Source of the DNA: Octopus vulgaris
Taxonomy: Eukaryota
NCBI GenBank assembly: GCA_951406725.2
Contig: OX597829.1
Coordinates: 30,256,001 to 30,320,000 of the forward strand
DNA: 64,000 nt
Direction: 5' to 3'
Part shown: piece after piece, positions 40,447-53,942 of the stretch
Numbering within the stretch: position 1 is the stretch's first letter
Layout: the number at the start of each line of letters is the position of its first letter
The notes under the pieces: generated by a model
Seen by the model: only the letters and a program-made list of their open reading frames with translations
Told to the model about the DNA's origin: nothing
Database searches by the model: none
Position numbers and translations under genes: made by a program

Positions 40447-40926
40447 AATTCTATATTTAAGAGATGAGGAATTATGTACATTATTTACATTTGACGGATA
40501 TTTGTCCTCATCTTGTTTGTTGTTAACATGGTTTGGCTGATATACCCTCCAGCCTTCATCAGGTGTCTTGGGGAAATTTCGAACCTGGGTTCTCATTCCT
40601 AAGGTAATTTTTTGATATTATTATTAAGGTCACTGCCTGGAATCAAACTCGGAATCTTGGGGTTTGTAGCCTGCGTTCTTAACCACTATGCCACAGCATA
40701 TGGCGTAGTGGTTAAGAATGCGGGCTACTAACCCCAAGATTCTGAGTTCAATTCGTGGCAGTAACCTGAATAATAATAATAATCATAATAATATTGAAAA
40801 ATACCTTAGGAATGAGAACCCAAGTTCGAAATTTTCCCAAGATACCTGATGAAGGCTGGAGGGTAAATCAGCCAAACCGTGTTAACAACAAACAAGATGA
40901 GGACAAATATCCGTCTAATGTTAATA

Positions 40927-40928
<2 letters not shown>
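40447..40928. mobile_element. Head-to-head inverted pair of tRNA-headed elements with hammerhead-like tails
   Basis: Arms 40480-40693 and 40701-40928 are reverse complements around a 7-nt spacer. Each arm has A-box TGGC(G/A)TAGTGG, a B-box-like GAGTT(C/T)(A/G)ATTC and a CTGATGA core. Confidence 0.85.

Positions 40929-40988
<60 letters not shown>
40928..40988. repeat. (AT)n(AC)n microsatellite
   Basis: Directly visible. Confidence 0.95.
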
Positions 40989-40989
<1 letters not shown>

Positions 40990-42641
40990 AAGTGATGGTT
41001 TGTTGCCAACTTACTGTGGGAGTCACAAGAAAGGGAAGAATGCTGCTATTTAGCTCCAAAGCAAATGTTGCTGTTAAGCTTGGGTTATGTTACTCATTTG
41101 TGAAAGTTTTATGTAAACATTGTTACATGTAAAACAGTTCAAATTGTGAATCTTTATCTCAATTTCTTTATTCCTGTCCTCTTTTTTGGTTTTCACTTTT
41201 TCTATGAAAAATAATTTGGCAATCAGTGTTTACATATTTACTTGTTGAAAATAATTCAATTGCAAGTTTAGTAGATTTGGTAACACAAGAAAAATTTCAA
41301 ATATCACAAGAACTCATTCTGTATCAATATTAAGATAGACATTCTAGCATGTTTGACATTTTTTTTTTTTTTTTAGTTTTATGTCCATTTTTTATTTTAA
41401 AAAGAATTAAAAAAAATTTTTTTTGCTTTATTTCTTGGATGAAAGCATTTGAAACTAGGATTCCACCTTGCTGTTTCCTCAACCATAAAGTAATAGTGCT
41501 TGTTTCAGTCATTAGGCAAATTTCAAAATTCATGTACTTTGCTGAGATGCACAGTGAAATTTCTGCTGTAAGGTTTGATCCCCTGACCTTGTGGTTAGTC
41601 CAACAACTAAAGAAGTATCCATTTGAATGATTTAAAGGTTAAATAGGTTTGGTGTCAATCAGTCAGTCAAACTGAAGCAAATAGAATTATGTCTTGTATT
41701 GAGGCAGAATACATTAAACGACCCTAGTGGCCAGTATTATAGCAATGTAGTTTCTTATCTATGAATTATTAATTTTCATTAAAAGAAGAAAAAGAAAAAG
41801 AACATAAGATTTTATTGTTGTAGAGGCATTTTCCCCTGTTCTTGCAAGTCACTTAACAGCCAGTGTACACTGTTAAGTGATTGGCATTAAGGAAAGGCAA
41901 CCAACCATAGAAACTATGCTAAAGCTGACACAGAGGTTCAGCACAGCTCTGTAGTTTGCTAAAACCTGTCAGACCAAATATCCCATACCAGTATAGAAAA
42001 CAGATATTAAAATGATGATGATGTTTTTTTCCAGATTATCATGTATTTGGTGTGTGTTACAATATATTACAATGCAACAATCTGATCAAGATCATCTTAA
42101 CATTTTATGTGTGCTCCAATCCTGTACATTCTAGTGTTAGGTTATCTCACCCCTGAAACCTAATATTTCCAGGTCTGACCCAATTATATCTTCTTTGGAT
42201 TTAAACTATTTGTAACTAGGTCAGCTTGAATGAATCCAACCTAGAGTTAATCAGTAATAATGATCGGCATCTTTTCCGTGATTTCATGGCACATTCATTA
42301 AGTATGCAACATCTATTTGCTTTATATGTCCACAACACTATATTGATCTTTTCAACATACCTCAAGCTAGGTTTTCAAATTACTTTTGTACAGTACTTCC
42401 TGTATATTAATACTGTACATTTAATAGATAATGCTTGGTTTGTTTCTCTATTTGCTATATCTGCATTCATTTATTCAGATTTTTACTGCCATAAAGAAAA
42501 TTAACCTTTTACTTATACATCATATATTCTGCTTTTGACTTGGTAAAAGCAGTTTACTAATTTCACCCATATTATTTTAAATCTAGGCTATATACTACAC
42601 CTAGCTCCACCTACAGTACTAATTCATAACTTAGCTCAGAT

Positions 42642-43520
42642 ATCATATAATGTCCATGTTCCATGCTGGCATAGGTTGGACAGTTTGACTGAAATTGATG
42701 TGTCCAAGGACTGCATTGAGCTCCTATGTCTGTTTTTGGTTGGATGCCCTTTCTAATGCCATTTTACATTATGGACTGGGTGCCTTTTTTGTAGAACCTG
42801 CACTATTGAAATCACAAAAGAAAAAAAAAGTAACCAGTGCCCCACAAGGTGGAAGTGGGTGGGTGGATGATTTGTGTGATTGTTTGGTAAGGTCATTGAG
42901 GAGAAGGCAGACTGCCAAAATAGGCAGGGTGGAAGGAGGGATGAGACGAGTTATGAGGTGAGGAAAATAAAAGGATGCAGAAGAGCATGGAGCAGTGAGT
43001 CACAGGAGCGATAAAGATGATACAGTTGTTGGTGGGATGGGGAAGGATAAGAGAGAAGGAGGGGGAACAGGTAGACATAGTGCATAAGAGGGGAAAGTCA
43101 CTATAACAGATGAAGGACCCAAAATGTAACACTTCCAGAACCCAGTCTTCCTAAAGAGGCTGAGTCTTTTTGAGAATCTCATATTGCCAGAGATCCTGGT
43201 CTTTGTCATCTCTTCAGTCAGGCTCAAGGTCTTGAGGTCAGCTTTCATTACTTCAGCCCCTATCTTCCTGAGTCTTTTGCTGGTTCCAGCAATGTTAAGT
43301 GAATGGCCTTTCCTTATACAGCTGTCCTCATTCATATGCATCACATGACCATATCATCTCAGTCTTCTTTCTTGAACACATCTGATTCTTCTTATACATA
43401 GTTTTTCATTCAGCGCCTTTGTACTAATTATTTCATGCACGCTCACATTGCACATGCAATGAAGTATGTTTGTGTCATTTCTTTTCAATCTCTAGTATTC
43501 TGCATTCAAAGTCCATGTTT
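42642..43520 (-). mobile_element. RTE LINE 3' end (ORF C-terminus, 3' UTR and tail)
   Basis: Minus strand EVMKADLKTLSLTEEMTKDQDLWQY resembles an RTE C-terminus. It is followed by a pyrimidine-rich UTR and the tail ...agggcatccaacc...ccagcatggaacatggacatta. Confidence 0.75.
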
Positions 43521-44677
43521 CAGATAATTTAATTTCTTTTGTTTATGACATTTTTTACCAGCTATTCTTGAGCATCTTGTCAACTTAAAATTCTGGTGTC
43601 CTGTCTGACTGCATAAAGTCTCACTGAACTTTTCAACATGTTATCTGTAACTTCTGCCTATTCTTTTACCATACTTCAGTAAAGGATTTGTGGGTCCTGT
43701 TAGTGATTTGGAAATCTAAGTAATGGTGTTGTAGCTATATGAAGATTGATAATACCGATATTAGATGTGGTCAGTTTTTGGATTAAATGTTTTTCTCTAT
43801 TTCTCTATATCACTTAAAAATGATTTGATAAGTTGACAGTTTTATATCATCATCATTTAATGTCCATATTCCATGTTGGTATAGCTTGGACAATGAGCTG
43901 GAGGACTGCATTGAACTCCAATGTCTGCTTTGGGGTTTCTGTGGCTTCCTAGCACTAACTATTTTACAGTGTACTGGATAGTTTCTTTGTGGCACTGGCT
44001 GCAGTTCGAGTGACCAGTAACTTGCAGGACAACCTCCCCCCCAAACTGAATGAGGTTATAGTAAATGAGGTGTAAATGCCTGTGATGATAGAGGGACAGG
44101 CACAAACGTCTTCCTATAGAGAGATTACATGATAATCTTTAGATGTTAATTATGAAATATTTACAAACTGGTATATATTTTTATGCTTAAATGCTATTTC
44201 TTTTTTTCAATAAATTATGAGGGAGCAGTCCCCATGATCTTTACCGGTACTTACAGATGAGATTGGTTTTGAGTTTGAATATTTGCAGGTGGATCATTGA
44301 GGGACAAACTGGGGCTGAAATGAGAAATTCCAGTGGGTTACAGTTTGGAAAGAAAGGATCCGAGGAATGTTTAGTGTAAGACACAGTAAGGTTGCTAAAT
44401 TGAAGAGAGAAGAGCACCTTAATTGGTCTTTGGTAATGGAGGTATCCTACCAGTCTGTTCAAAGGAGTAGAAGCTGTTAAAAGTAATTGAAAAAATAGAA
44501 ACAGAATGAAGCAGCAAGTCTTTGAGTTGTTGATTGTAGCATGTGAATATTTAGAGAATAACAGTGTGTATGTATATGAGTGTGTATGTACTATTTCCTA
44601 TATGTGAGTAGCTTATTGCATATGAAGTTGCAATTTTTCCTTTTGATATTGTATACCAGTCAGATACTGAAATTAAT

Positions 44678-44903
44678 TTAACCCATTAGCATTTAAATTG
44701 GCCATATCTGGTCCAAATATTCTACTTGTTTTATGTTCAAACTGGCCAGGTCCAACCTCTCGTACATAACCCATAATGTCATTCTAAAAATATACAATCA
44801 CATCACTGAAATCTCAAAGCTCTAAGATATTGCATGATTAATTGAAAGCAGTGTGAATGAATAAGCATTCCATTTGATAGCAACCTGAAGTCTGAAGGGT
44901 TAA
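44678..44903 (-). mobile_element. MITE family B, reverse orientation
   Basis: TTAAcccattagcatttaaa ... tctgaagggTTAA; interior is the reverse complement of family B. Confidence 0.8.
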
Positions 44904-46817
44904 TTGACCACCACCACCACCTTCAACTGCCTCAAATTTTCAGCCTTGCATCTGTGTTAGAAACAATTGTTACATTAATTGTACTCTATTATATACACAC
45001 ACATTCTCACACACATACACTTGACAAAATGTGAAGACTGATAACTAAACTTCAACATGAATCTATGAAACAGAACAGCCTGTAAGGCTCTTTATTAGAA
45101 TTCAACCATTTTTCTTAAATATAAAAGTGTGAATTAAGCAGTTGCTCCCTCCACATTATTTATGTTTAAAAAAAAAGAAGGGATATTTAGATTGAAAGGT
45201 TAAAAATATCTATTTATGTAGTATTAAGTATCTTCAAAGTATTTTCATACTGAGTTTATTGTTGCTCATTTGTAATTGTTCAAGTTCAATAGTTCACTTG
45301 TCTTATGTTTTGTGCATGTTTACCTTACATATAAGATGTAGATTTAATAGGTCACATTTAGATGTATAGTTTTGTGATTTTTCATACTAGAGTTCTTGTG
45401 TCTTTGTTTAACAGCAATTTAGGATTTAAGTAAAAGCTTAGTTATGTTGTGCTATTCTTACAGCTAGCCTTATAATGTCATATGGTATTAGTCTGAAACA
45501 ATGCTGCCTTTCATTGATTACAGTAGAACATTGATCTCTAATCTACAGACTACTTCAGCATTATTGAAATATGTCCACCAATTATTACCTGGGATTCAAG
45601 TTGTATTTGAAAATAGTGTCAAGATCATTGCCTGACCAATCCTCAACTTTGTTTTTGCAAATGTCATTGCAAATGTTAATATTTATAAATTGGAGAAGTG
45701 TTCTATTCAAGCAGATTGTTAGATAATTTGTGTAGTACACTGTCTTTAATTCAGAGGATATTCCAAAATTTTAAGGCTTTTATCATTTTGATTTAATTTT
45801 GCATGACAAAATGCCAAAATTCAAAATCCATTGCCGGTGGTTTAAGGTAAAATAATTAATTTTATTTATTTATTTTTTTGCTAGATTGTCATGCAGAAAA
45901 ATAAGAATTGATCTTGTATCTAAATATGAATCTGGATAAACTGTACTTTGAATTACTTTGCGTTTTGTTTGTTTTATGTTTACAGAAACATTTAAAATAT
46001 AATTTTCAATTTTTCAATATTTATGGAATTTAAAAAAAAAAAAATTCAGTGTTATATTTTTGCTAAATCTTGACTTTTTAAACAATGTCTAAACAAGAAA
46101 AAAAAAAATGTTCAGATGTAGTTTCACATGATTTTTTTTTAATGTTACATACAATCTTCTTTTTACTCTGTCTAAATCACCAGACCTTTCACTTACATCT
46201 TTGCTAAGATGTGATTTGGTTGTAATTGTGAATTGGAACAATGTTTTTCTGAGAGCAGTTGTATAGTTTCAAGTAGACAAATTTTGGGAAGGAAGAACTG
46301 GTAATTTCAATTGTTGGAATGAGAAATATATAATGTATTTTCATTATGCTAATGATTCAATACTTATGAGAAGGTCTTCACCACTGTTACTATTATTAAC
46401 ACAATATATATACTACAGTTTCAATATCTAAACATTTGAAAATGTTTAGATATTGAAACCATAATAAGTATCTTCTATTTTAAAAGGAATATAGGTATCT
46501 GAAGCCAGATATGAATGCAAACTGGCTGTTTACTTTGATAATGGTGAAGGTAAAAAGAAGTTGAACTCAATGGTTAGGGTGCTTTTTCAGTGAAACTGTA
46601 TAAATATTTAACAGGAATACTGAAACAGATTTAAACAGTAACCATTTTACATAGGCCTGACAAACCAATGATGATTTACTATGTAGAGATACAAATCTCA
46701 ATAATCCATTTTATCATTATAAAAGATTTGGTTCAAAATAGCCTAAACAAGCAGAATGGTTATGTCTGGAATACTAAACTATGCAGACCAGATAAAATTA
46801 TTTTTAAGAATACCATC

Positions 46818-46866
46818 CATATGGTGTAGTGGTTAAGAGTGCAAGCTACTAACCCCAAGATTCTGA
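46818..46866 (+). mobile_element. Truncated copy of the tRNA-like head seen in the 40447-40928 element
   Basis: catatggtgtagtggttaagagtgcaagctactaaccccaagattctga is nearly identical to 40697-40745. Confidence 0.75.
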
Positions 46867-47259
46867 CCATCCACTTTGTGATCTATAATTGACCCTTTAT
46901 AAGACCTGTGTAAGCTTCACTAATGTGATTATATAATTGATTCTGACCCATGTATATCTATTATCACAAACTCTAGTCCACTAGCTGGCAGTGTTCTCTA
47001 TGTAAGCTTTCTTGTTCTTTTATCAACTGTCATTGAAATACTATTGTATTCTTTCTCCTGTTTTTTTTTTAGTAAACCACAATGCATGTTTGTTTATAGA
47101 CTTTGGACATAACCAAACTAATCTTTCTTTTCCTCCTGGAACTATTTTCCATTCATCACATTTCTTTGTAGTAAATATCAAGTTCGGATTTTTATTGGCT
47201 ATTCGTCATTCTTTCACCTCCATTTGCTAATCTAAGAAAAGTTCAATAATAATAATTGC

Positions 47260-47473
47260 ATTTGGTTTAGGCATAAGGCCAACAGTTTTGGGGGAGGGTG
47301 TTAGTTTATACCATTGACTCCAGTATTTGATTGTACTTTATTTTAATGACCCTAAAAAAATGGAAAGGAAAAAGTTTCCTTTGGCAGGATTTGAGTTCAA
47401 AATTTTAATGTGAAATGTAAAACTGGAAGAAATGATGCTAAATATTTTGTCTGGTGTGCTAATGATTCTGCCT
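47260..47473 (-). mobile_element. Decayed copy of the 25188-type SINE
   Basis: cattgactccagtatttgattgtactttattttaatgaccc...ggcaggatttgagttc...tgctaatgattctgcc. Confidence 0.7.
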
Positions 47474-48289
47474 TAAAAAATTATATTACTTAGATTTTCT
47501 CTATATTAACAGCTTTTTCTTGACATTTATGTTGTACCATGATATTGTTTAGAAATTGAAGTAGAAAATATTGATTTAACAAAAGGATAAATTGATAAGA
47601 AATTAAGTGGATATTTAATTTATGTGTAAAAAGTACAAGAACATGTGTAGTCAGTCATTCATCATTCATAATGTAGGTTTCTTTTTTATTAAATCTGTAT
47701 TTATGTTGTTAGATCAATTACTCTTTAAAGCTGCACTGTTTTGCCTATGCTACCAGAGACTGATTTGGATGTCATTAGGATGATGTGGTGGTTTTATAAT
47801 TTCAACTTTTCTTAGTCTTGAATCAGAGTTCATTATCTGTGTTGATATTTCCGATTACAGTTAATGTCTGTTCAGTGTGCATGATCTCATTATTTGTATA
47901 GTTTTTTCAGTTACCATGGTATTAATCACAATCAAGGCTAAAGAAGAGAATAGAGAGACGGGTTATAGGCTGTGAGACTCCGCTATGCTGTAGAGTTTTG
48001 AACCATGTTGTGTTTGGTGTCAGCCCATCACCTTCTGATTACCTTCCTTTTTCTCATGCTGTTGGTGATCATAACCCTCTCACTAATACACAAACAAAAT
48101 TAACTTAATTCAAATAAATCCTTTCTGTTGAAAAGTTGTGTAGAGCAGAGGTTGATCCACTGGCCAGATTTTACTTGATTAATACAATAAATTCATTTTT
48201 GAGGTAATTGTAAATATATTACTATTGGTTAGAAAAAGATGATCATGATTTTTTCCTAAACAGACTGACTCTTTGTTCCTGTTTGGTTA

Positions 48290-49050
48290 TCTAAACAACA
48301 AAATTAACCATCAACTCCAGATTTTTACTACCCATAGTCACTTCTTAAAGTTTGGGAAGAATACTAAAAATATTTATATTTGAACTTAAGTTTTGAGGTT
48401 TAGCCTGCCATGCACATCAGCACATTGCTTTCTTACCTATTGTATGTTGTGATTTGAGATATGATTACTCTACCATCATGACAAACACCATGTAGCCATG
48501 TTACCAAAACCTTTCCTTTCCGAATTTGTCTTGAACTTAAGACTTTTTTATAAAGATCATTCTTCTCTATGAAGAATCAGTTTAGTAGTGCTTTCGACCA
48601 TTCTTGTGAGGTCATCAGTACAGAGCAGCTTTCAAGGACATTTAAAATTGGATCTTTACAATGATGCAAAGTTGGTGGCTTAACATAGACTATTGGTACA
48701 CACCTTGCTTAGCATCAAAATGAAAGTTAAACATGTTTGCACAGTTACAAGACCTACATATACTACACCTGAGCTTTCCTTCATTCATCAGAGTACACCT
48801 TGGTGCACTTGATCAACTACCTTCTGAAGGTCAATTAAGGCCAGGTACTAACTAGTTCCATTTACCAAAGTTATTGTCAGTCGTATCATACAGCCAACAT
48901 ATTTCATAGCTAACATAAGTTCAGGTGCCACTTTCTACCTCACTAGTCCTACTTTGTATCTTGTCTCTGAAACAGATTTTTGATTAGCATAGACAGAAGA
49001 GTTGTAAGATATCTTGCTGTTATTGGTAACCTGCTCTTAAAAATCTTAAA
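48290..49050 (-). mobile_element. RTE-clade LINE reverse transcriptase remnant
   Basis: Minus strand: QVHQGVL (GVHQGS motif) near 48795-48815 and CP*KLLCTDDL (CPWELLYADDL motif) near 48605-48642. Confidence 0.7.
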
Positions 49051-49969
49051 AGACAATATTTTCAAATGAATGCTCTGTGAGAAATTACCCTTGTCAATAT
49101 TTACTCAGTGTATATAATAGGGTTTTTTTTTATTATTGATTGCGATAAAACTCTATTGCTATGAAATTCCATATTTTTCAACTCTCAGAGCAGCTCTTCT
49201 GTGTCATTGACTTGTTTTTGCTTATCATCCAGGTGTAGGTTTCCGATTAATGCTAAATTTCTCCTGTACACTTTCATCTACATCACTCACTACAAATTTT
49301 TATTTTCATCTTAGCTTTAACATCCTATTTTCGTTCTTCTAACCTGTTGTTCTTCCTTAATCTCCATTTTCTTTCTTAGCTTTCCTTATCTTGTTATTCC
49401 ATCACTACTTAGGCATTCAGTAGGCAAGATTTTATTTCACACTATGTTGTATCCTTATTCACATACTTTCTAGAATATATTAAGACACATGATTGACCTT
49501 TGCTAATTGTTTACTAATTTCAGGATGTATTCATTTGTTTCTTTGGCTGTTTGCATTCCTCTTGTACAGTCATTGCTCTAAAAGTGTGATCGCACATTTC
49601 TCACATCACCTTTTACTAAAATATAGTCACCCTGAAAGTTAGCGACTTGATACAACTAATGCAAAGAAGTGGTTTGTTGTAGCAAGTATTAGTAACTGCA
49701 CACAATTCAGGAATAAAATTTTTCAATACTTGGGTCATTAAAGGATTCAAGTCTGGTGATCTACATCAATAATGTTTCTGTTGGTTTTAAAAGTCAACAG
49801 ATGATAGAAACCTTAATACTGCTGAGCAGATAGTTGAAGAAAGGCTCCTTTGATTCAATTGTAAATATCTTCTGTATATATATCCTTTAACATAGTTATT
49901 CAGAAATATCCTTACTTACCAGCACTTATAATGATTGAGTTTTATGGATCATTCATCTTCAATCTTTTT

Positions 49970-50168
49970 TTAAAAACTTTTTTGATGCCAACTCACATGG
50001 AACAATTGATTCTATGAAGCAAAGTTCATGTTTAAAGTGATCTAAATTAAAACCTTCCATCAAAATTTCATGTTAATTTAGGTTCCAGATACCACCTTAA
50101 TGAGTTGTCTTAAATCCTGCATTTTCCTAATTTATTGAAAAGTGTATTTCAACAGAAGAAAGGGTTAA
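49970..50168 (-). mobile_element. MITE family A, reverse orientation
   Basis: tttaaagtgatctaaattaaaaccttccatcaaaatttcatgttaattta; ends aaagggTTAA. Confidence 0.75.
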
Positions 50169-51419
50169 TGATTTCAGTCTAGTGCTTACAAGTTTAAAAT
50201 TCTCTGCTTCAGTAAAATCTTTCAGCCTTTTCTTGTCAAACTACTTCTTGTTACTTTTAGATAACATTAATTTATTTGAAACTGAACTTTGACTACCTCA
50301 TTTACTTGCCCAAGTTGGTGCCAATATTCAATGAAATGTTTTAGATTGTCATGTTGTAAACACTGGAGTATTATCATATGTAGATAGCAGCTGTGCATAT
50401 TTTTGGAGAAGTTATTTCTGACCAGGAGCATACTCCATATGTATTGAACCAGCAGCTGCAAGTTTGTGATGGACTCTTTTTTTTAGTTTACTAGTTGGTC
50501 TGTTTATAATAGATGTTGTTCAAATCATCTTAAAATGAGCTGTTATAAAGTACAATTATAGGTATCTGGTAAAAATGAGTCTTGTTTCATGAAGTATTGT
50601 TAGCAGTGTTTCTGTTAACATGACTCTATCCTTCACTGGAGATAAATAGATCAATTTTTCTGCTAAAAACATCTCTGGTGATGATTATTGATTTCTATTC
50701 AATACAGGAATCCTTTTATGCCAGTAATAAGGTAACTTATTGAGAGATTGTCAAAGATACTGCAATTTATGACATTGAATTCGTATTCTGCAATGTGGAA
50801 AGTGTTAGGCTTCTGAAGTACTGTGTCATGAATTATCTTGATGCGAAATATTGTTTAGAGAAACAATATGCTTATTAGTTATGTATTGCTCAAAATTGAC
50901 TTTTTATAAACAGCAGAAGAGGAATGTGGTTGTAAGCACAAATTATCAGTCAGTGACGTAACCATACTGAGACATAAGAAAAGAAACAAGTAGTTATTAG
51001 AGCAGATACGCTAGTCAAAAGCTATACAATCTGTGCAGCAATTGAGAAACTGTTCAATATAATGAATTTATAGAAACTGAAAGGGTCTGTAAAGAATAGA
51101 TTTTATAATAATACGATAAACTGTATTAAAAAAAAAAAAAGATGTCAACCTAATTTTAGATGATGTACTGTTAAATCTCCTCTGTTTAGAAAGTCAATCA
51201 GACTTTCTACTTAATATATGCAGAATACTCACAAAAATGAATTGTGAGGGTTTCAAGACTGTTTGAAAACTTTGTGTTGTTTGTGAGCAGTAGACCAGCT
51301 GAAAATGCTGAGGGATGTATTCAAAAGAATTTATCGACTAGATGTTTATTTATTTTTTTAAAGTTTGTCGAAAGAGATGTGCCAGTGGCTCATGATAGTT
51401 GTGGGCTTCTCGGAGTAAT

Positions 51420-52620
51420 GAGAAAGTTTGAACATCTTACCTGTAGATGACTGTTGGCAGGAAGACAGTTCCAGAGAATGAAAGTGTGGGAAGGAAAGAA
51501 TTGGGTGAAATTTTGGCTAGAGGGTCTGAATGGAGAGCTTATATTTGCAGTTATGAGTTCAGTGTGCAAAATACATAAATGGAGAGAATATGGACTGGAA
51601 ACTGAAGCGGGAGGAAGGCGAATGACATGAAAGTATTAAACATGATTGAAAAATACAATCAAATGAAGGTTGGAAAGAAATAGCAAGGTATAATGAGTTT
51701 GGTAATGAAAATGCTAAAATTTATTGAATGAATAGTATTATATTTTATGATGGCTTGTTATATTGGCAGAAGTGTTAAGGTGACAGGATAAATTTTGTAG
51801 TATTTGGTTATTTTCGCTTTATATTCTGAACTGAATTTTGGTTGGGGTCAACTTCTTGTTTTCTTATTCAGTAAAAAAGAGTATCTAAATTAAAGTCAAG
51901 GTCTTGTGCCCAAGTGAGGAATGATCAGCTATTTGTTAGTTAATGAGGTGATTGAAAGGACTGAACATTGAAGGATCTGGCCAAAAAAAAAAAAAATAAA
52001 ATAAAAGGTTTGTAATAAAATTAAGAAAAAAAAATGTGAGAGGAATGGTAGTGGATTCCATTTTGGTGTTCACCAAGATAAAGAATGCTGTGTACTGTAA
52101 TAGGATATCTACAGATAGGATATCTTGTGTGATAATAACTATTAGAATTCAAAACCTAGAGGATTGGCATCGTCATTTTCAGTTCTGTTTTCTTTTAGTC
52201 TTAGGTTCCACTGTTACAAATTCAAGTAGAAGGAAGAAGTTATGTACTAGAGCCTCATTCAGGTTTTATAATTAGTGAAAACATTAAATTTTGAAAACTA
52301 GGAGGATGTATCATCAGCTAGGATTATTTATAAGAAATGGTAAGTATATAACTAGAAAAAAAGGAAGTGTTATCATAAATCTTGGATTAGATCACTATTT
52401 TGGGAAGTACACAGTTAAGTCTTACGTTGCTGAGAAAGTTTAAAAAGACCAGAACATGTCCCAAGTTGTTTCCCATTCTTGCCAAAATTATTAAAATATT
52501 AATTATTGAGAATATTAGTTTGCTTCTAATTTCTCTAATTAAATTTACAATAGTCAGCATTAAATGGATTAGCTCCTACTTAAGTATTGAACTTACTGGG
52601 AAAGGAAGCGTATTCTAAAA
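51420..52620 (-). mobile_element. CR1/L2/Jockey-group LINE ORF2 remnant
   Basis: Minus strand ILADDTS (YADD motif) at 52300-52325 and NSFLP..FILWNCLPA (SFFP....WN.LP C-terminal motif) at 51457-51505. Confidence 0.65.
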
Positions 52621-53722
52621 GTATGGCATGAAGCACTTATTTTACACAATATTAAGATGTTTTATATTAGTGATCTTTTGACACTCATGATTGACAACCT
52701 ACACTGCCTATGTAACAACTTGATGTCTTTTGTCAGCTACTTTGTTTATTGTACAATCTTATTGAATAAATATATACTAAATTTGGAAATATTTACACCA
52801 AAACATGGTCACTGAAGAACAGCAGCAATTTCTTCAAAACACCTTTAATATACAAACAAAACTACTCTGTTCTTAATATTGCATAGTTTTAATCTTGTCC
52901 ACAAAATTTTACATTTTCACATTCAAACCAAGGAAAATTGTAGCTGTAAGCACCTGTTGATTTTTTATACATTTTCACTGTTAGCTTCTACTTCAGTGGA
53001 TAGTATACTTTAGATCAATGACATCCATTCAGTGGTAGAAATTTTTCTCCTATCTCATCATTGTAGTGTTCTTTCTTCCTGCCTTTCCATACTTCTTTCT
53101 GCTTCAAGCCTTCTGCATGAACAGTTGCATGTGGCGATACCATTGATGTATAGAGAATTGTCTTTTATATGTATTCTTGAATTCTATTTATTTTTATATT
53201 AACTATATTGTTACTCATCCTATTTTATTGTGAGAAGCTCTCACTTAGGGAGATTGACATTATTCATTTCATTTAACAAAGAAGGAATTTGTAGGAGATA
53301 AATTATTAGATAATATTCAACTTGTCTAATTAGGGTCAAGAAGAAGGGATGGGTTGGGGCGGGTTGGGTTAACATTGAGTTTGAGGGTTAAATACCTCAA
53401 AATGTATAACAATAATCTAATTGATAATGAACATTGACATAAGAACAGTGTGTCTTAATGTTTAGAGAGGAAAAAGATTTCTTCTGCATAATTCACTGCA
53501 GGCTTTAAAAGTATATTGAAGGTTTATGAAAGATGTTTCATAAGGAATGGATATGCAATAGAAATAATTAGCTACTAACAATTGGTATTATCTGTTAAGA
53601 AAGAGAGTCTTGAAAAGAAGACAGATGAAAATGACACTTTTAGCTAATCTATAAACCAAGTTAAAAATATTAATGCTAACCATAGTTTTGTTGTTTCAAA
53701 GAGTTTTAAAAATGTATCGATG

Positions 53723-53942
53723 TTAACCCTTTAGCATTCAGATTACTCTGTCAAATGCTATGCTTATTTATTCACATTGTTTTGAATTAATCATGCACCA
53801 TCTTGTAGCTTTGAGATCTCTATGATGTGGTTATTTTTAAAATGACATTGTAGGGTAAGTGTGTGAGACCAGATGTGGCCACTTTGAGCATAAAACAGAG
53901 TATTTGGGCCTGATGTGGCTGGTTTAAATACTAAAGGGTTAA
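53723..53942 (+). mobile_element. MITE family B, best-preserved copy
   Basis: TTAA-CCCTTTAGCATT ... AATACTAAAGGG-TTAA terminal inverted repeat with TTAA duplication. Confidence 0.88.

Noticed and set aside
40701-40770. Functional tRNA gene (anticodon ACT)
   Set aside because: No complete acceptor stem or T-tract terminator; fused to an element body and present as dispersed, inverted copies.
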